Positions 53,040-62,641 of a stretch of 64,000 nt of DNA are shown in pieces. Position numbers and translations under genes: made by a program. The stretch comes from Gammaproteobacteria bacterium (GTDB taxonomy: Bacteria > Pseudomonadota > Gammaproteobacteria > Ga0077536): positions 2,078 through 66,077 of the forward strand of contig JAURHQ010000003.1 of the NCBI GenBank assembly GCA_030833185.1, written 5' to 3'. Under the pieces are notes generated by a model. It searched no databases. It was not told the origin of the DNA and saw only the letters and a list, made by a program, of their open reading frames with translations. Numbering within the stretch: the stretch's first letter is position 1; the number at the start of each line of letters is the position of its first letter.

Positions 53040-53492
53040 ATGGCATCTGCAATCCGCGAGCGCCTAAGCGCAGACATCAAGACGGCAATGAAGGCCGGGG
53101 ACAAAGAGCGCCTCGGTACCCTGCGGTTCATGATGGCTGCCTTGAAGCAGCAGGAAATCGACACCCGCATCGATCTCGACGATCAGGCCGTCACCAGCAT
53201 CCTGACCAAGCGCGCGAGCCAGCACCGCGACTCCATCGCCCAGTTCGAGGGCGCCGGACGCGAAGATTTGGCCAGCAAAGAGCGCGCTGAACTGGCGGTG
53301 GTCGAAGAATACCTGCCTTCACCGCTGTCGGCCGAGGAAATCGAAACCCTGATTCTCGGTGCAATTGCCGCGCTTGGTGCGTCCAGCATCAAGGATATGG
53401 GCAAGGTAATGAATGAACTCCGGCCCCAATTGACCGGTCGGGCCGATATGGCGGCGGTCAGCAGCAGCATCAAACAGCGCCTCGGGGGCTAA
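53040..53492 (+). CDS. GatB/YqeY-domain protein
   Basis: 150 aa; LSADIKTAMKAGDKERL N-terminus typical of YqeY. Lies between rpsU and dnaG. Confidence 0.85.
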   Translation: MASAIRERLSADIKTAMKAGDKERLGTLRFMMAALKQQEIDTRIDLDDQAVTSILTKRASQHRDSIAQFEGAGREDLASKERAELAVVEEYLPSPLSAEEIETLILGAIAALGASSIKDMGKVMNELRPQLTGRADMAAVSSSIKQRLGG

Positions 53493-53583
53493 GCCGACCC
53501 GCCGCAGCACTGCGGCCAGGCGCTGACCCGAACCGCCCGCTGCAGGAAGTCATTCGGCAACGGCATCACAGCGGGGGTGTGGC

Positions 53584-55311
53584 GTGGCTGGCAAGATTGC
53601 ACAATCTTTCATCGACGACCTGCTGACCCGCGCCGATATCGTCGAAATCGTGGGGCGCAGCGTCCAGCTCAAAAAAGCCGGACGCGATTTTCAGGGCCTC
53701 TGCCCGTTCCACAACGAAAAATCCCCTTCCTTCACGGTCAGCCCTGAAAAGCAGTTTTATCACTGCTTTGGCTGCGGCGCGCATGGTTCGGCGCTGGGCT
53801 TCCTCATGAACCACGACAGCCTGAGCTTCGTGGAGGCAGTGGAGGAACTGGCCGGCCAGCTCAATCTGCCCGTGCAATACGAGGCCGATGCGTCCGCCCC
53901 AGCCACGCCCAGCCATCGCGGTCTCTACGAGTTGATGCACGAAGCCCAACTGGCCTACGAGCGTCTGCTGCGTGAACACCCCGCGCGCGAACGCGCGGTC
54001 GAGTATTTGAAGATGCGCGGCCTGACCGGCGCCATCGCCAAAACCTTTCACCTGGGTTACGCCCCGCCGGGCTGGGATTCGCTCTGCTCGCAGTTGGGAA
54101 CAGACCCCGTCCGGCGCCAGCAGCTGATTGAGGCCGGGCTCGCCGTGCAGCGGGACAACGGCAGCTTTTACGACCGATTTCGGGACCGCGTGATTTTTCC
54201 GATTCTCGACCGCCGCGGACGCTGCGTAGGCTTCGGCGGAAGAGTCATCGACCAAGGCGAGCCCAAGTATCTGAATTCGCCTGAAACCCCCATTTTTCAT
54301 AAACGTCGCGAGCTGTACGGGCTGCACCACGTTCTGCGGCGCGGCACCCGTCCGGCGCGGATTCTGGTGGTCGAAGGCTACATGGACGTGGTGGCGCTGG
54401 CCCAGCACGGCGTTGAGAACGCGGTCGCCACGCTCGGCACCGCAACCACCGCCGAGCATCTGGAGCAGGTTTTTCGCTATGTCAGTGAAGTGGTGTTCTG
54501 CTTCGACGGCGACAAGGCTGGGCGCCGGGCCGCGTGGCGGGCGCTGGAAACCGCGCTGCCGCTGCTGACCGAGGGCCGCAAAGCCGGCTTTCTGTTTCTC
54601 CCGCAGGGCGACGACCCGGATAGCCTGGTCAGGCGGGAAGGCAGTGCCCGCTTTGAAGCGCCCGAGCACATCACGCCGCTGTCGCGCTTTCTGTTCGACG
54701 AACTGTCGGCCCGCGCCGACATCAGCAGCATGGACGGTCGGGCGCAACTCGTGGCGCTGGCCAGACCGTTGATCGGTAAAGTCCCCGCAGGCCCGTTTCG
54801 GCAATTACTCGCCCAGCACCTGCAGAGTCTCGCCCAGACCAGCGTGAGATTGGCCCCGGCGCCACCAGCCACGGCCGCGCCCAGCGCCAAGCCCCGTCCC
54901 GCCGCCGCGAGAGGGGTGCCCTCGCTGATTCGCAGAGCCATCGGCCTGCTGGTGCGGCGCCCCAACCTCGCGCCGCTGGCCCGCGAGTTGCCCGCCGTGA
55001 ACGTTGCGGATGACCCGGAGTCTGCGCTGTTGATCACCCTACTTGAACGTCTGGAGCGTAATCCGCTACTGAACGCCGGCAGCCTGTTTGAGGCCCTGCG
55101 GGAAACCGCGCAAGAGTCGCTACTTGAAGAAATCATGGCGCAACCCATATTGCTTGCAGAGGATCTTTGGGCCAGCGAGTTCAGTGGGGCGATCGAACAA
55201 CTCGCACGCCAGCAACAGCGGCAGAAGTTCCGGCGCATGGTCAACGAGCGCACGCCGCGCGCGGTACCAGAGCAGGAGCCACCGCCCTCAACAGGGGAAC
55301 CCCTTGAATAA
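53584..55311 (+). CDS. dnaG: DNA primase
   Basis: GTG start. Zinc ribbon CPFHNEKSPSFTVSPEKQFYHCFGCG. TOPRIM VVEGYMDV. Confidence 0.96.
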   Translation: MAGKIAQSFIDDLLTRADIVEIVGRSVQLKKAGRDFQGLCPFHNEKSPSFTVSPEKQFYHCFGCGAHGSALGFLMNHDSLSFVEAVEELAGQLNLPVQYEADASAPATPSHRGLYELMHEAQLAYERLLREHPARERAVEYLKMRGLTGAIAKTFHLGYAPPGWDSLCSQLGTDPVRRQQLIEAGLAVQRDNGSFYDRFRDRVIFPILDRRGRCVGFGGRVIDQGEPKYLNSPETPIFHKRRELYGLHHVLRRGTRPARILVVEGYMDVVALAQHGVENAVATLGTATTAEHLEQVFRYVSEVVFCFDGDKAGRRAAWRALETALPLLTEGRKAGFLFLPQGDDPDSLVRREGSARFEAPEHITPLSRFLFDELSARADISSMDGRAQLVALARPLIGKVPAGPFRQLLAQHLQSLAQTSVRLAPAPPATAAPSAKPRPAAARGVPSLIRRAIGLLVRRPNLAPLARELPAVNVADDPESALLITLLERLERNPLLNAGSLFEALRETAQESLLEEIMAQPILLAEDLWASEFSGAIEQLARQQQRQKFRRMVNERTPRAVPEQEPPPSTGEPLE

Positions 55312-55474
55312 AAAGGCTGTCATTGCCGACAAACTCAACTATGATTGGTGATTCTTTTGCCGGCTCTGGCAAAGCACCGATCTTGGACTAGACTCAAAAA
55401 GCCTCACCGGGGGCACCGCCCCGCCGGTTGCGGCGTTTTTTCGTTCAATTAAGACCAAAGGCAGATTCCCGACC

Positions 55475-57331
55475 ATGGCCACGGATACCCCTGAAGACCT
55501 GGAATCCAACGACGGACAGTCGCAGCTCAAACGGCTTATCGCCAAAGGCAAGGAACAGGGCTTCCTGACGTACCACGAAGTCAACGACCACCTGCCTGAT
55601 GACATCGTCGATCCGGAACAGATCGAAGACATCATCAACATGATTAACGATATGGGGATCACGGTTCACGAAATCGCGCCCGATATCGACACCCTGCTGC
55701 TGGCCGAAACCGATGTGGATGAGGAAGCCGCCGAGGAAGCGGCCGCCGCGATCGCCGCGGTGGATACAGAATTTGGCCGCACCACCGACCCGGTTCGCAT
55801 GTACATGCGCGAAATGGGCACGGTCGACCTCTTGACCCGTGAAGGCGAAATTAAAATCGCCAAACGGATCGAAGAAGGCCTGAATCAGGTGTTGTCGGCG
55901 CTCGCGGATTTTCCCGCCGTCTCGGAGCAGTTCCTGTCCGACTACGACCGTGCGGACCGCGCCGAAATCAAAATCACTGAACTGATTGCTGGCTTCATCA
56001 ACCCCGATGAAGAGCCCGGTGAAGTCCGCGAAGACATCGAGGCGGTGCTTGCCGAACCCGAAGTCGTCGCCGCTGGCGAGGAAGAAGAAGAAGCCTCCGA
56101 AGACGCCGACCCCATCGCTAACCAGCTCGACCCGGAAGAAGTGAAGCTTCGCTTTGGCGACTATCGCGCCCTGTTCCAGAAGGTGCAGGCAGCTACTGCC
56201 AAACATGGCCGCAAGCACGCCAAGACCGAGGAAGCACGCAAGGAGCTGCAAGCCAAGTTCCTGGAGTTCAAGCTGCTGCCGCGCGTGTCCGAAGCGCTAG
56301 GCGACATCGTGCGCAAGGTGGTCGAAGAAATCCGCGAGCAGGAAAAAATCATCAGCGAGATCTGCATCAAGCACTGCAAGATGCCGCGCAAGGATTTTCT
56401 TGCCGTGTTCGTCGACGCCGAGACCGATCCCAGCTGGCTGAAAACGCTGGTCCGCCAAAAGAAGCCGCACGCCGCGCTGATCAAGGAGCGCAGCGGGGAA
56501 ATCAGCGACGCACAGAGCAGACTGGCCGCAATCGAGCAGCAGGCCGGCGTGACGATCAGCGAGATCAAGGAAATCAATCGGCGGATGTCGATTGGTGAAG
56601 CCAAGGCTCGGCGGGCGAAGAAAGAGATGGTCGAAGCCAACCTGCGCCTCGTGATCTCGATTGCGAAGAAGTACACCAACCGCGGTCTGCTGTTCCTCGA
56701 CCTTATTCAGGAAGGCAACATCGGGCTGATGAAAGCCGTCGATAAATTTGAATACCGCCGTGGTTACAAGTTTTCGACCTACGCGACCTGGTGGATTCGG
56801 CAGGCCATCACGCGTTCGATTGCCGATCAGGCCCGCACCATCCGCATTCCGGTGCACATGATCGAAACGATCAACAAGCTCAACCGCATCTCCCGCCAGA
56901 TTCTGCAGGAGAAAGGCCGCGAACCGACGCCGGAAGAACTGTCCCAGAAAATGGACATGCCGGAAGACAAGATTCGCAAGGTGCTGAAGATCGCCAAGGA
57001 ACCGATCTCCATGGAAACGCCGATTGGCGACGATGAAGACTCCCATCTGGGTGACTTCATTGAAGACACCAATATTCAGGCGCCGATCGATTCCGCAACT
57101 TTTGAAGGCCTGTGTCGCGCGACCCGCGAAGTGCTGGAAGGCCTGACCCCGCGCGAGGCCAAGGTGCTACGCATGCGCTTCGGCATCGACATGAACACCG
57201 ATCACACGCTGGAAGAAGTGGGCAAGCAGTTCGACGTCACGCGCGAGCGTATTCGGCAGATCGAGGCCAAGGCCCTGCGGAAGCTACGGCATCCTTCGCG
57301 CTCCGAGCGGCTTAAAACCTTCCTTGATTAA
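55475..57331 (+). CDS. rpoD: RNA polymerase sigma-70
   Basis: 618 aa with an acidic region 1, [13 protein letters not shown] (region 2) and region 4 [16 protein letters not shown]. Confidence 0.97.
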   Translation: MATDTPEDLESNDGQSQLKRLIAKGKEQGFLTYHEVNDHLPDDIVDPEQIEDIINMINDMGITVHEIAPDIDTLLLAETDVDEEAAEEAAAAIAAVDTEFGRTTDPVRMYMREMGTVDLLTREGEIKIAKRIEEGLNQVLSALADFPAVSEQFLSDYDRADRAEIKITELIAGFINPDEEPGEVREDIEAVLAEPEVVAAGEEEEEASEDADPIANQLDPEEVKLRFGDYRALFQKVQAATAKHGRKHAKTEEARKELQAKFLEFKLLPRVSEALGDIVRKVVEEIREQEKIISEICIKHCKMPRKDFLAVFVDAETDPSWLKTLVRQKKPHAALIKERSGEISDAQSRLAAIEQQAGVTISEIKEINRRMSIGEAKARRAKKEMVEANLRLVISIAKKYTNRGLLFLDLIQEGNIGLMKAVDKFEYRRGYKFSTYATWWIRQAITRSIADQARTIRIPVHMIETINKLNRISRQILQEKGREPTPEELSQKMDMPEDKIRKVLKIAKEPISMETPIGDDEDSHLGDFIEDTNIQAPIDSATFEGLCRATREVLEGLTPREAKVLRMRFGIDMNTDHTLEEVGKQFDVTRERIRQIEAKALRKLRHPSRSERLKTFLD

Positions 57332-57343
57332 AACGTACTGAAG

Positions 57344-57370
57344 CAGGCGGGGTCGGTCACGCCCCGCCTG
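57344..57370 (+). terminator. hairpin after rpoD
   Basis: CAGGCGGGG - 9-nt loop - CCCCGCCTG, followed by the T-interspersed tail TCGTCTGTCATT. Confidence 0.5.
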
Positions 57371-57387
57371 TCGTCTGTCATTAACGC

Positions 57388-57464
<77 letters not shown>

Positions 57465-57775
57465 CTCTCCTCCCATTACGCGCTCCCGCGGTCTGGCTCA
57501 CACCGCCCGACGGCTGCAGTTCCTCACGCCGCTCGCCCGAATCGTGGCTGTGCGCCCGGGGCCCGCCGCGGCCCGAGCTCATCAAAACCAGCCGGCCGGG
57601 CGCGTTTTGCCTGCATCAGATCATCTTCTTCACCGCACCCTCGGGAACCTCCCCGCAGGCGACCGGTCTGTGCTCATGCGCGGCCGCGCCCCGTCCTGCC
57701 GCCGCCACCGTGGTCCACTGCCGCAGAGGGCCGCGGTCGCCAAGGAACGTCCGTCACTGCACAGCGAGGTTTCCC

Positions 57776-59581
57776 ATGACCGCCATGCTCGCCCTCAATC
57801 GCGCCGACCACTACCAACGTCACTGGGTTGCGCCCGAGGCAGGCCCCATTCGACTCGGCTCGGCCGCCCATTTGCGGCTGTTCTGTCAGATGCTGCTCCA
57901 GACCCACAATCCCTACCGGCCGGCGGTGATGGCGTGGCCAACGCTTGAGCCGACCGCGCGCGACCGTCTGGTCGCCTTGCCGATTTGGGACATCGCAGTC
58001 CAGACCGAGGGTCGCGCCTCCATCCGCGTCAAGACTTTCGCGGAGCGCGCGAACACCCCGCTGTTGCGGGAAGCCCTGCTGATGAACGCGGGCGAAGAGG
58101 CCCGTCACAAGGTGGTTCTAAGTCACCTGGTGGCTCACTACGGCATCCAGTTGGCCCCCGAGCCGCCCTATCCACCGCCGTCGAACCCGGAATGGGCGTG
58201 GCTGGTGACGGGTTACAGCGAATGCATCGACAGCTTCTTTGCGTTCGGCTTGTTCGATTTAGCGAAGGATTCCGGCTATTTCCCGTCGGAGCTGGTCGAG
58301 ACCTTCGAGCCGGTGATGCAGGAAGAGGCCCGCCACATCATGTTCTTTGCCAACTGGCTGGCGTGGCACCGACGACAGCTGCCGCTCCACAAGCGGCTGG
58401 CCTTTGAGGCGAAGGTGCTGGGGGTGTGGAGCTTCCTGATCTGGGAGCGGATTGGGATAGCGCGCGGCATCAGCGCAGACGGCACGGCGCAGGATGCCAA
58501 CTTTGCCATGACGGGGGCCTCCGAGTTCGACGTCAGCGTGACGCCGGGCACGCTGCTCAATCGCTGTCTGAAGGAAAACGAGCGTCGCATGGCGGGCTAT
58601 GACCAGCGCCTGCTCCGCCCCACCACCATGCCGAGGCTCGCCGGTCTGGCCCGCAAGTTCATCTCAACGCAGGACACCCCTTCGATTGCGATTGGCTCCG
58701 ACGCGCACAAGCAGCTCTTCTGTCAGCAGTTCATCGACAGCTACACCGATTTTGAGCCGGCGGATCTGCCCTGGCCGGCATTGTCCGAAGCCGAGTTGAC
58801 CCGCCTGCGAACGGTGCCCTTCTGGCGCGAAGTACGGCACACCGAGCGGCGCGCTGGCGCCATCGTGGAAGCCTATTCCCGCACGGTGACCGACCCGGTC
58901 CTGCTGGCGGCGATCCGCCTGCAGGCACTCGAAGAATCGCGGCATGCCCGCCTGCTGGCGGTGATGATCGAGCGCTACGGGCTGGATGCGCCGGAGCAGC
59001 CGCTTGAGGCACTCCCGGCGGACATCGAAAAAGCCTTTATCGATTTTGGTTTCGGCGAGTGTCTCGACAGTTTTCTGGGTTTTGGCGCGTTCAAATTCGC
59101 CAGGCAGGCCGGCTTCTTGCCCGAGTCCATGTTCGAGATCTTCGATACCCTCATGTTCGAAGAAACGCGGCATATCGTCTTTTTTGTGAACTGGATGGCC
59201 TGGCGGGAAGCGCAGCGCGGTCGCAAGGCGGCGGTCTTGCGCAATCTCAACTCGCTGCGTTTTTACGGCCGCGCGCTGGGTCGTCTGCTGGGGACCGTGC
59301 GACGCGGCCAGCATGCGAACGAGGGCAAGGATTTCTCCGCGACGCAGGCCAGCGTATTTCTGGATGACTTCAGCTTCAGGCGCTTTGTGGAAACCTGCTA
59401 TGCGGAAAACGGCCGACGCATGGCGGTCTTCGATCCGGCGTTGATGCAGCCCACATTCCTGCCCCGTCTGGCGAACTCCGCGCTCGCCGGCTTCCGACTC
59501 TGGGACAGGCTGCACCGCGCGCGGCACGCCCCCGATACTCAAGCGCGCGAGTCGACAGCCCTAGGGCTCAAAGACCCGTAA
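57776..59581 (+). CDS. tandem-duplicated ferritin-like di-iron-carboxylate protein, function unknown
   Basis: Start moved to ATG 57776 (GAGG 8 nt upstream); the track start at 57431 overlaps the tRNA. Two homologous halves each carry E / ExxH / E / ExxH: E78, E108xxH111, E149, E184xxH187, and E357, E387xxH390, E428, E463xxH466. Confidence 0.7.
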   Translation: MTAMLALNRADHYQRHWVAPEAGPIRLGSAAHLRLFCQMLLQTHNPYRPAVMAWPTLEPTARDRLVALPIWDIAVQTEGRASIRVKTFAERANTPLLREALLMNAGEEARHKVVLSHLVAHYGIQLAPEPPYPPPSNPEWAWLVTGYSECIDSFFAFGLFDLAKDSGYFPSELVETFEPVMQEEARHIMFFANWLAWHRRQLPLHKRLAFEAKVLGVWSFLIWERIGIARGISADGTAQDANFAMTGASEFDVSVTPGTLLNRCLKENERRMAGYDQRLLRPTTMPRLAGLARKFISTQDTPSIAIGSDAHKQLFCQQFIDSYTDFEPADLPWPALSEAELTRLRTVPFWREVRHTERRAGAIVEAYSRTVTDPVLLAAIRLQALEESRHARLLAVMIERYGLDAPEQPLEALPADIEKAFIDFGFGECLDSFLGFGAFKFARQAGFLPESMFEIFDTLMFEETRHIVFFVNWMAWREAQRGRKAAVLRNLNSLRFYGRALGRLLGTVRRGQHANEGKDFSATQASVFLDDFSFRRFVETCYAENGRRMAVFDPALMQPTFLPRLANSALAGFRLWDRLHRARHAPDTQARESTALGLKDP

Positions 59582-61069
59582 GCAATTCCGCCCCGCGTGC
59601 TTGGCCGCATACAGCGCCGTGTCCGCGCGCTGGAGCACCTTGTCAGCCTCTTCGCGTGCGAGGCCGAACAGCGTAATGCCGATGCTCGGCGTGTTATGGC
59701 ACGCGTGCCCGCCGAGCAGATAAGGCGCATTCAGCGCCTGCAACAGCTTGCGACCAACTTCGGTCGCCTGTCTGGTGGCGTCCTCGGGCACGGGACTCAG
59801 GTTTTCCAGCATCAGAATGAACTCATCTCCCCCCATGCGGGCGGCAGTATCGCCTTCGCGCGTAACCTGTCGCAGCCGGTCGGCGACGGCTTTCAGTAAC
59901 TCGTCGCCGGCCGCATGGCCGAGCTGGTCGTTAATCTGCTTGAAGCGATCGAGGTCGAGAAACATCAGCGCCCCCAAACTGCCATGGCGAGCGCTGTTGG
60001 CCAGGGCCTGCTCGATGCGGCTGTCGAGCAGACGGCGGTTGGGCAGGCCGGTGAGCGGATCGATCAGCGCCTGTTGCCTGATGAACTCTTCGGCCTGTTT
60101 GCGGGCGGTGATATCGGCGAGGAAGACGGTGAACCGCAAAGTGCCTTCAATGTTGAGCGGCGCGAATACCACCTCCACCGGGAAAGCGCGTCCGTCGCGG
60201 CGGCGAGCGGTCATTTCTTCGGGTTGAGCAGCATTAGCAACTGCCAGCGCGTCGCTGCCCTTCTGCATGAGCCGCCGGGCCGCAATGGCCTCCAGCTGAC
60301 CGAAGACAGTGTCCGGGAAATCGCGGCCCACGGCGTCATGCGCAGACCAGCCAAACATCAGTTCGGCCTGCCGGCTCCAGCCCTGAATGAGGCCTTCAGC
60401 ATCGACTTCCACAATGGCATCAAGCGAGCTGTTGAGAATGCTGCGCAACCTCGCTTGCATCGACACCAGCGAAACGACGTTGGCGCTGTTGTAGCGACCT
60501 ATCACGGTGAGCACGCAGAACCCCACGCCCAGCGTCAGCGCCGCCAGATACCCCGGGTCCGTGTGCGTCAACCAGGCGCTCGCGGCGGGCGGCAGCAGGG
60601 TGGCCAGCATCATCACGCGCAAGGCCTTCGGCTGGGCGGCCAGCGTGCTGGTCGCAACGCCGCACACCGCCAGCGCGAAGCCGATAAACAGGCTCAACAA
60701 CGGGGTCTCCGTTGCTACCGGAATAAAAAGACTCGGACCCAATCCCCAAGATAAACCGCCGATCAAGGCCATCCCGTTGTAGGCGCGCCGCCAGTAAGCG
60801 TGGGTTGCCGGACCATGCGCGGCACGCCGGTAACCTCGCCACAGAACGAAAGACACCAGACTGCCGAGTGCGGCGGCCCCGCACCAGAGCAGCATATCTG
60901 ACGGCGGCAAGGCGGTGCGCCAAATGAGGCCGATGAGCCCTGGCACCAGCACCGTCAGACACATCAAAAGCGGCATCGGCTGATAGGCGATGGCCAGCAG
61001 CTGTCCTTCAACATCCGCTTCGCGGTCAGACAGCGCGCCGGCCGCCATCTGGGGCGCAAGCACGCTCAA
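59561..61069 (-). CDS. membrane PAS-GGDEF diguanylate cyclase
   Basis: About 6 N-terminal TM segments, a PAS domain, and GGDEF (RMGGDEFILML) with an RxxD I-site (REGD) 5 aa upstream. Start is TTG 61069 or ATG 61048. Confidence 0.88.
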   Translation of the reverse strand: MSVLAPQMAAGALSDREADVEGQLLAIAYQPMPLLMCLTVLVPGLIGLIWRTALPPSDMLLWCGAAALGSLVSFVLWRGYRRAAHGPATHAYWRRAYNGMALIGGLSWGLGPSLFIPVATETPLLSLFIGFALAVCGVATSTLAAQPKALRVMMLATLLPPAASAWLTHTDPGYLAALTLGVGFCVLTVIGRYNSANVVSLVSMQARLRSILNSSLDAIVEVDAEGLIQGWSRQAELMFGWSAHDAVGRDFPDTVFGQLEAIAARRLMQKGSDALAVANAAQPEEMTARRRDGRAFPVEVVFAPLNIEGTLRFTVFLADITARKQAEEFIRQQALIDPLTGLPNRRLLDSRIEQALANSARHGSLGALMFLDLDRFKQINDQLGHAAGDELLKAVADRLRQVTREGDTAARMGGDEFILMLENLSPVPEDATRQATEVGRKLLQALNAPYLLGGHACHNTPSIGITLFGLAREEADKVLQRADTALYAAKHAGRNCLRVFEP

Positions 61070-61269
61070 TTCGCGCGCGCTCCGGCGCGGGGCTTGAAGC
61101 AGCGGGCGCGAGCGCGACCTGCGTCAGGCTGAGGGCAGCGGTGCAGTGTGTCTGGCGGTGTAGTCGACATGCAGATTGCGCAGCAAAGGGGTGCTGGCAC
61201 TATACAGCTCGCTTCGCCCTGCCCGGCAATGCACCGAAAACCCGCCGGCGTGCGGCAAACCCCGGCGCT

Positions 61270-62490
61270 TCAGCCCGCCAGCGACCGAACCAGCGCCGGC
61301 GAATCCAGCGCCATCCAGCGCTTGAGTTCCGCGCCCGTGGCGGCGGGCAAAAAGGCTTCACGCATCCCCCCAAGTCGCGCGCGCTGCGCCGCATAGCGTG
61401 ACGCATCAAAGCCGTCGGCCAGAGCCGCAATCGCGTTTTCCAGCGCCGCTTCATCCGCGCAGAGGTGTCCCAAATCACCGAACTGCGCAAAGCTCTCGGC
61501 CACATGTGGCGCCGACATGACGAGCAGCGGCAAGCGCAGATTCACAGCGTCGTAGAACACCCCGCTGGCCCCCGTGTGGTAGTAGCTGCCCTGATACGGC
61601 AGGCAGACGAAGTGCATCGACTTAAGCAGCTCAAGATACCGCGCGCGGGGCATCTGGCTGGCTTTGGCGCGGCGGGCCTGTGGCCGATCGGCGTGGGGAA
61701 TCACCGCGCCGAGCGGCGTATCGGCGACGTCCGCGGCCAGTCGCCCTACCAGATGAAACTCGAACTGGCCGGGATAGCGCGCCGTCAGCCGGTTCGCCAT
61801 GCCGATAAAACTGTGGATCCCTTTCGGCGCCGTAGCCTGTCCAGGCAAGGCGATGCGCCACGGCGGGCCAGCCGGTGGCGCGGCGTCATCGGCCTCCTGA
61901 GGCAAGAGACTCAGCTTGAACACGCCGGTTCGCGCCGCCAGTCCGGGCGCCAACGCCTCCAGCGGCGGCACGGTTGCGGCATCCAGCACCAGCAGGCGCA
62001 GCGCGGGATGCGCAGGGCGGCGTATGACCTCCACCAGATCCAGGCGTCGCACCAGCGGATTGCGACTGCGCCAGCCAAACGCACCGGCGTCCGGTCCATG
62101 GAGCAAAAAATGGCACCACAGCCGACCCCGATAGCGCGCGGTACGCGCAAACCATTCGCCCAGATGAAACTCAGGCCCGTTGCTGCAAGTTAGCAGGAGG
62201 TAAATCGGACCGCCGTCGTCGTGCTGCGCCAGCAGCCTGCGCAGCAAATGCCAGAGTTGCCAGGCCCGCGTCAGCGGCGGCGTGCCCATCGGCGGAATGG
62301 CTATCGTCTGATAGTCACAGTTGGGCACCGGCTCGGCTTCATTCAGCCGTTCAACTTCCTGACGATGCTCGGCCTCGGCGGCAAACCGCAGCGGCTGCGC
62401 GGGAAACGCCGCGCGCAGCGCGCGCAGAATGCCCGTGTTGATGGTGCTATGCCCGGTGCCGTGAATGGAAGGTTCGACCACCAGCATCAT
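61270..62490 (-). CDS. hypothetical protein (406 aa), possibly GT-B glycosyltransferase-like
   Basis: ATG with GAGG 10 nt upstream. The C-terminal stretch YYHTGASGVFYDAVNLRLPLLVMSAP loosely resembles the GT1/GT4 nucleotide-sugar half. There is no firm motif. Confidence 0.5.
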   Translation of the reverse strand: MMLVVEPSIHGTGHSTINTGILRALRAAFPAQPLRFAAEAEHRQEVERLNEAEPVPNCDYQTIAIPPMGTPPLTRAWQLWHLLRRLLAQHDDGGPIYLLLTCSNGPEFHLGEWFARTARYRGRLWCHFLLHGPDAGAFGWRSRNPLVRRLDLVEVIRRPAHPALRLLVLDAATVPPLEALAPGLAARTGVFKLSLLPQEADDAAPPAGPPWRIALPGQATAPKGIHSFIGMANRLTARYPGQFEFHLVGRLAADVADTPLGAVIPHADRPQARRAKASQMPRARYLELLKSMHFVCLPYQGSYYHTGASGVFYDAVNLRLPLLVMSAPHVAESFAQFGDLGHLCADEAALENAIAALADGFDASRYAAQRARLGGMREAFLPAATGAELKRWMALDSPALVRSLAG

Positions 62491-62641
62491 GTTGAGGACC
62501 TCGTCGTCATAAGGAGGTCCGCATCATGCGTGCAGGCCCGAAGGCCCAAGCTGATCTGCATCCGGTGCGACGCATTGGGCAGGAGCGCCGCCGACTTGCC
62601 GGCTATCATGGTGGCCCGCTGCCCGGACGTTCGAGGTCTCC

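Noticed and set aside
53566-54804. 412-aa minus-strand ORF
   Set aside because: It is antisense to dnaG, which has a clear zinc ribbon and TOPRIM domain.
61195-61210. TGGCAC motif suggesting a sigma54 promoter (plus strand)
   Set aside because: The -12 GC is one base out of register (TGGCACTATACAGCTC). It also points into the 3' end of a converging gene.
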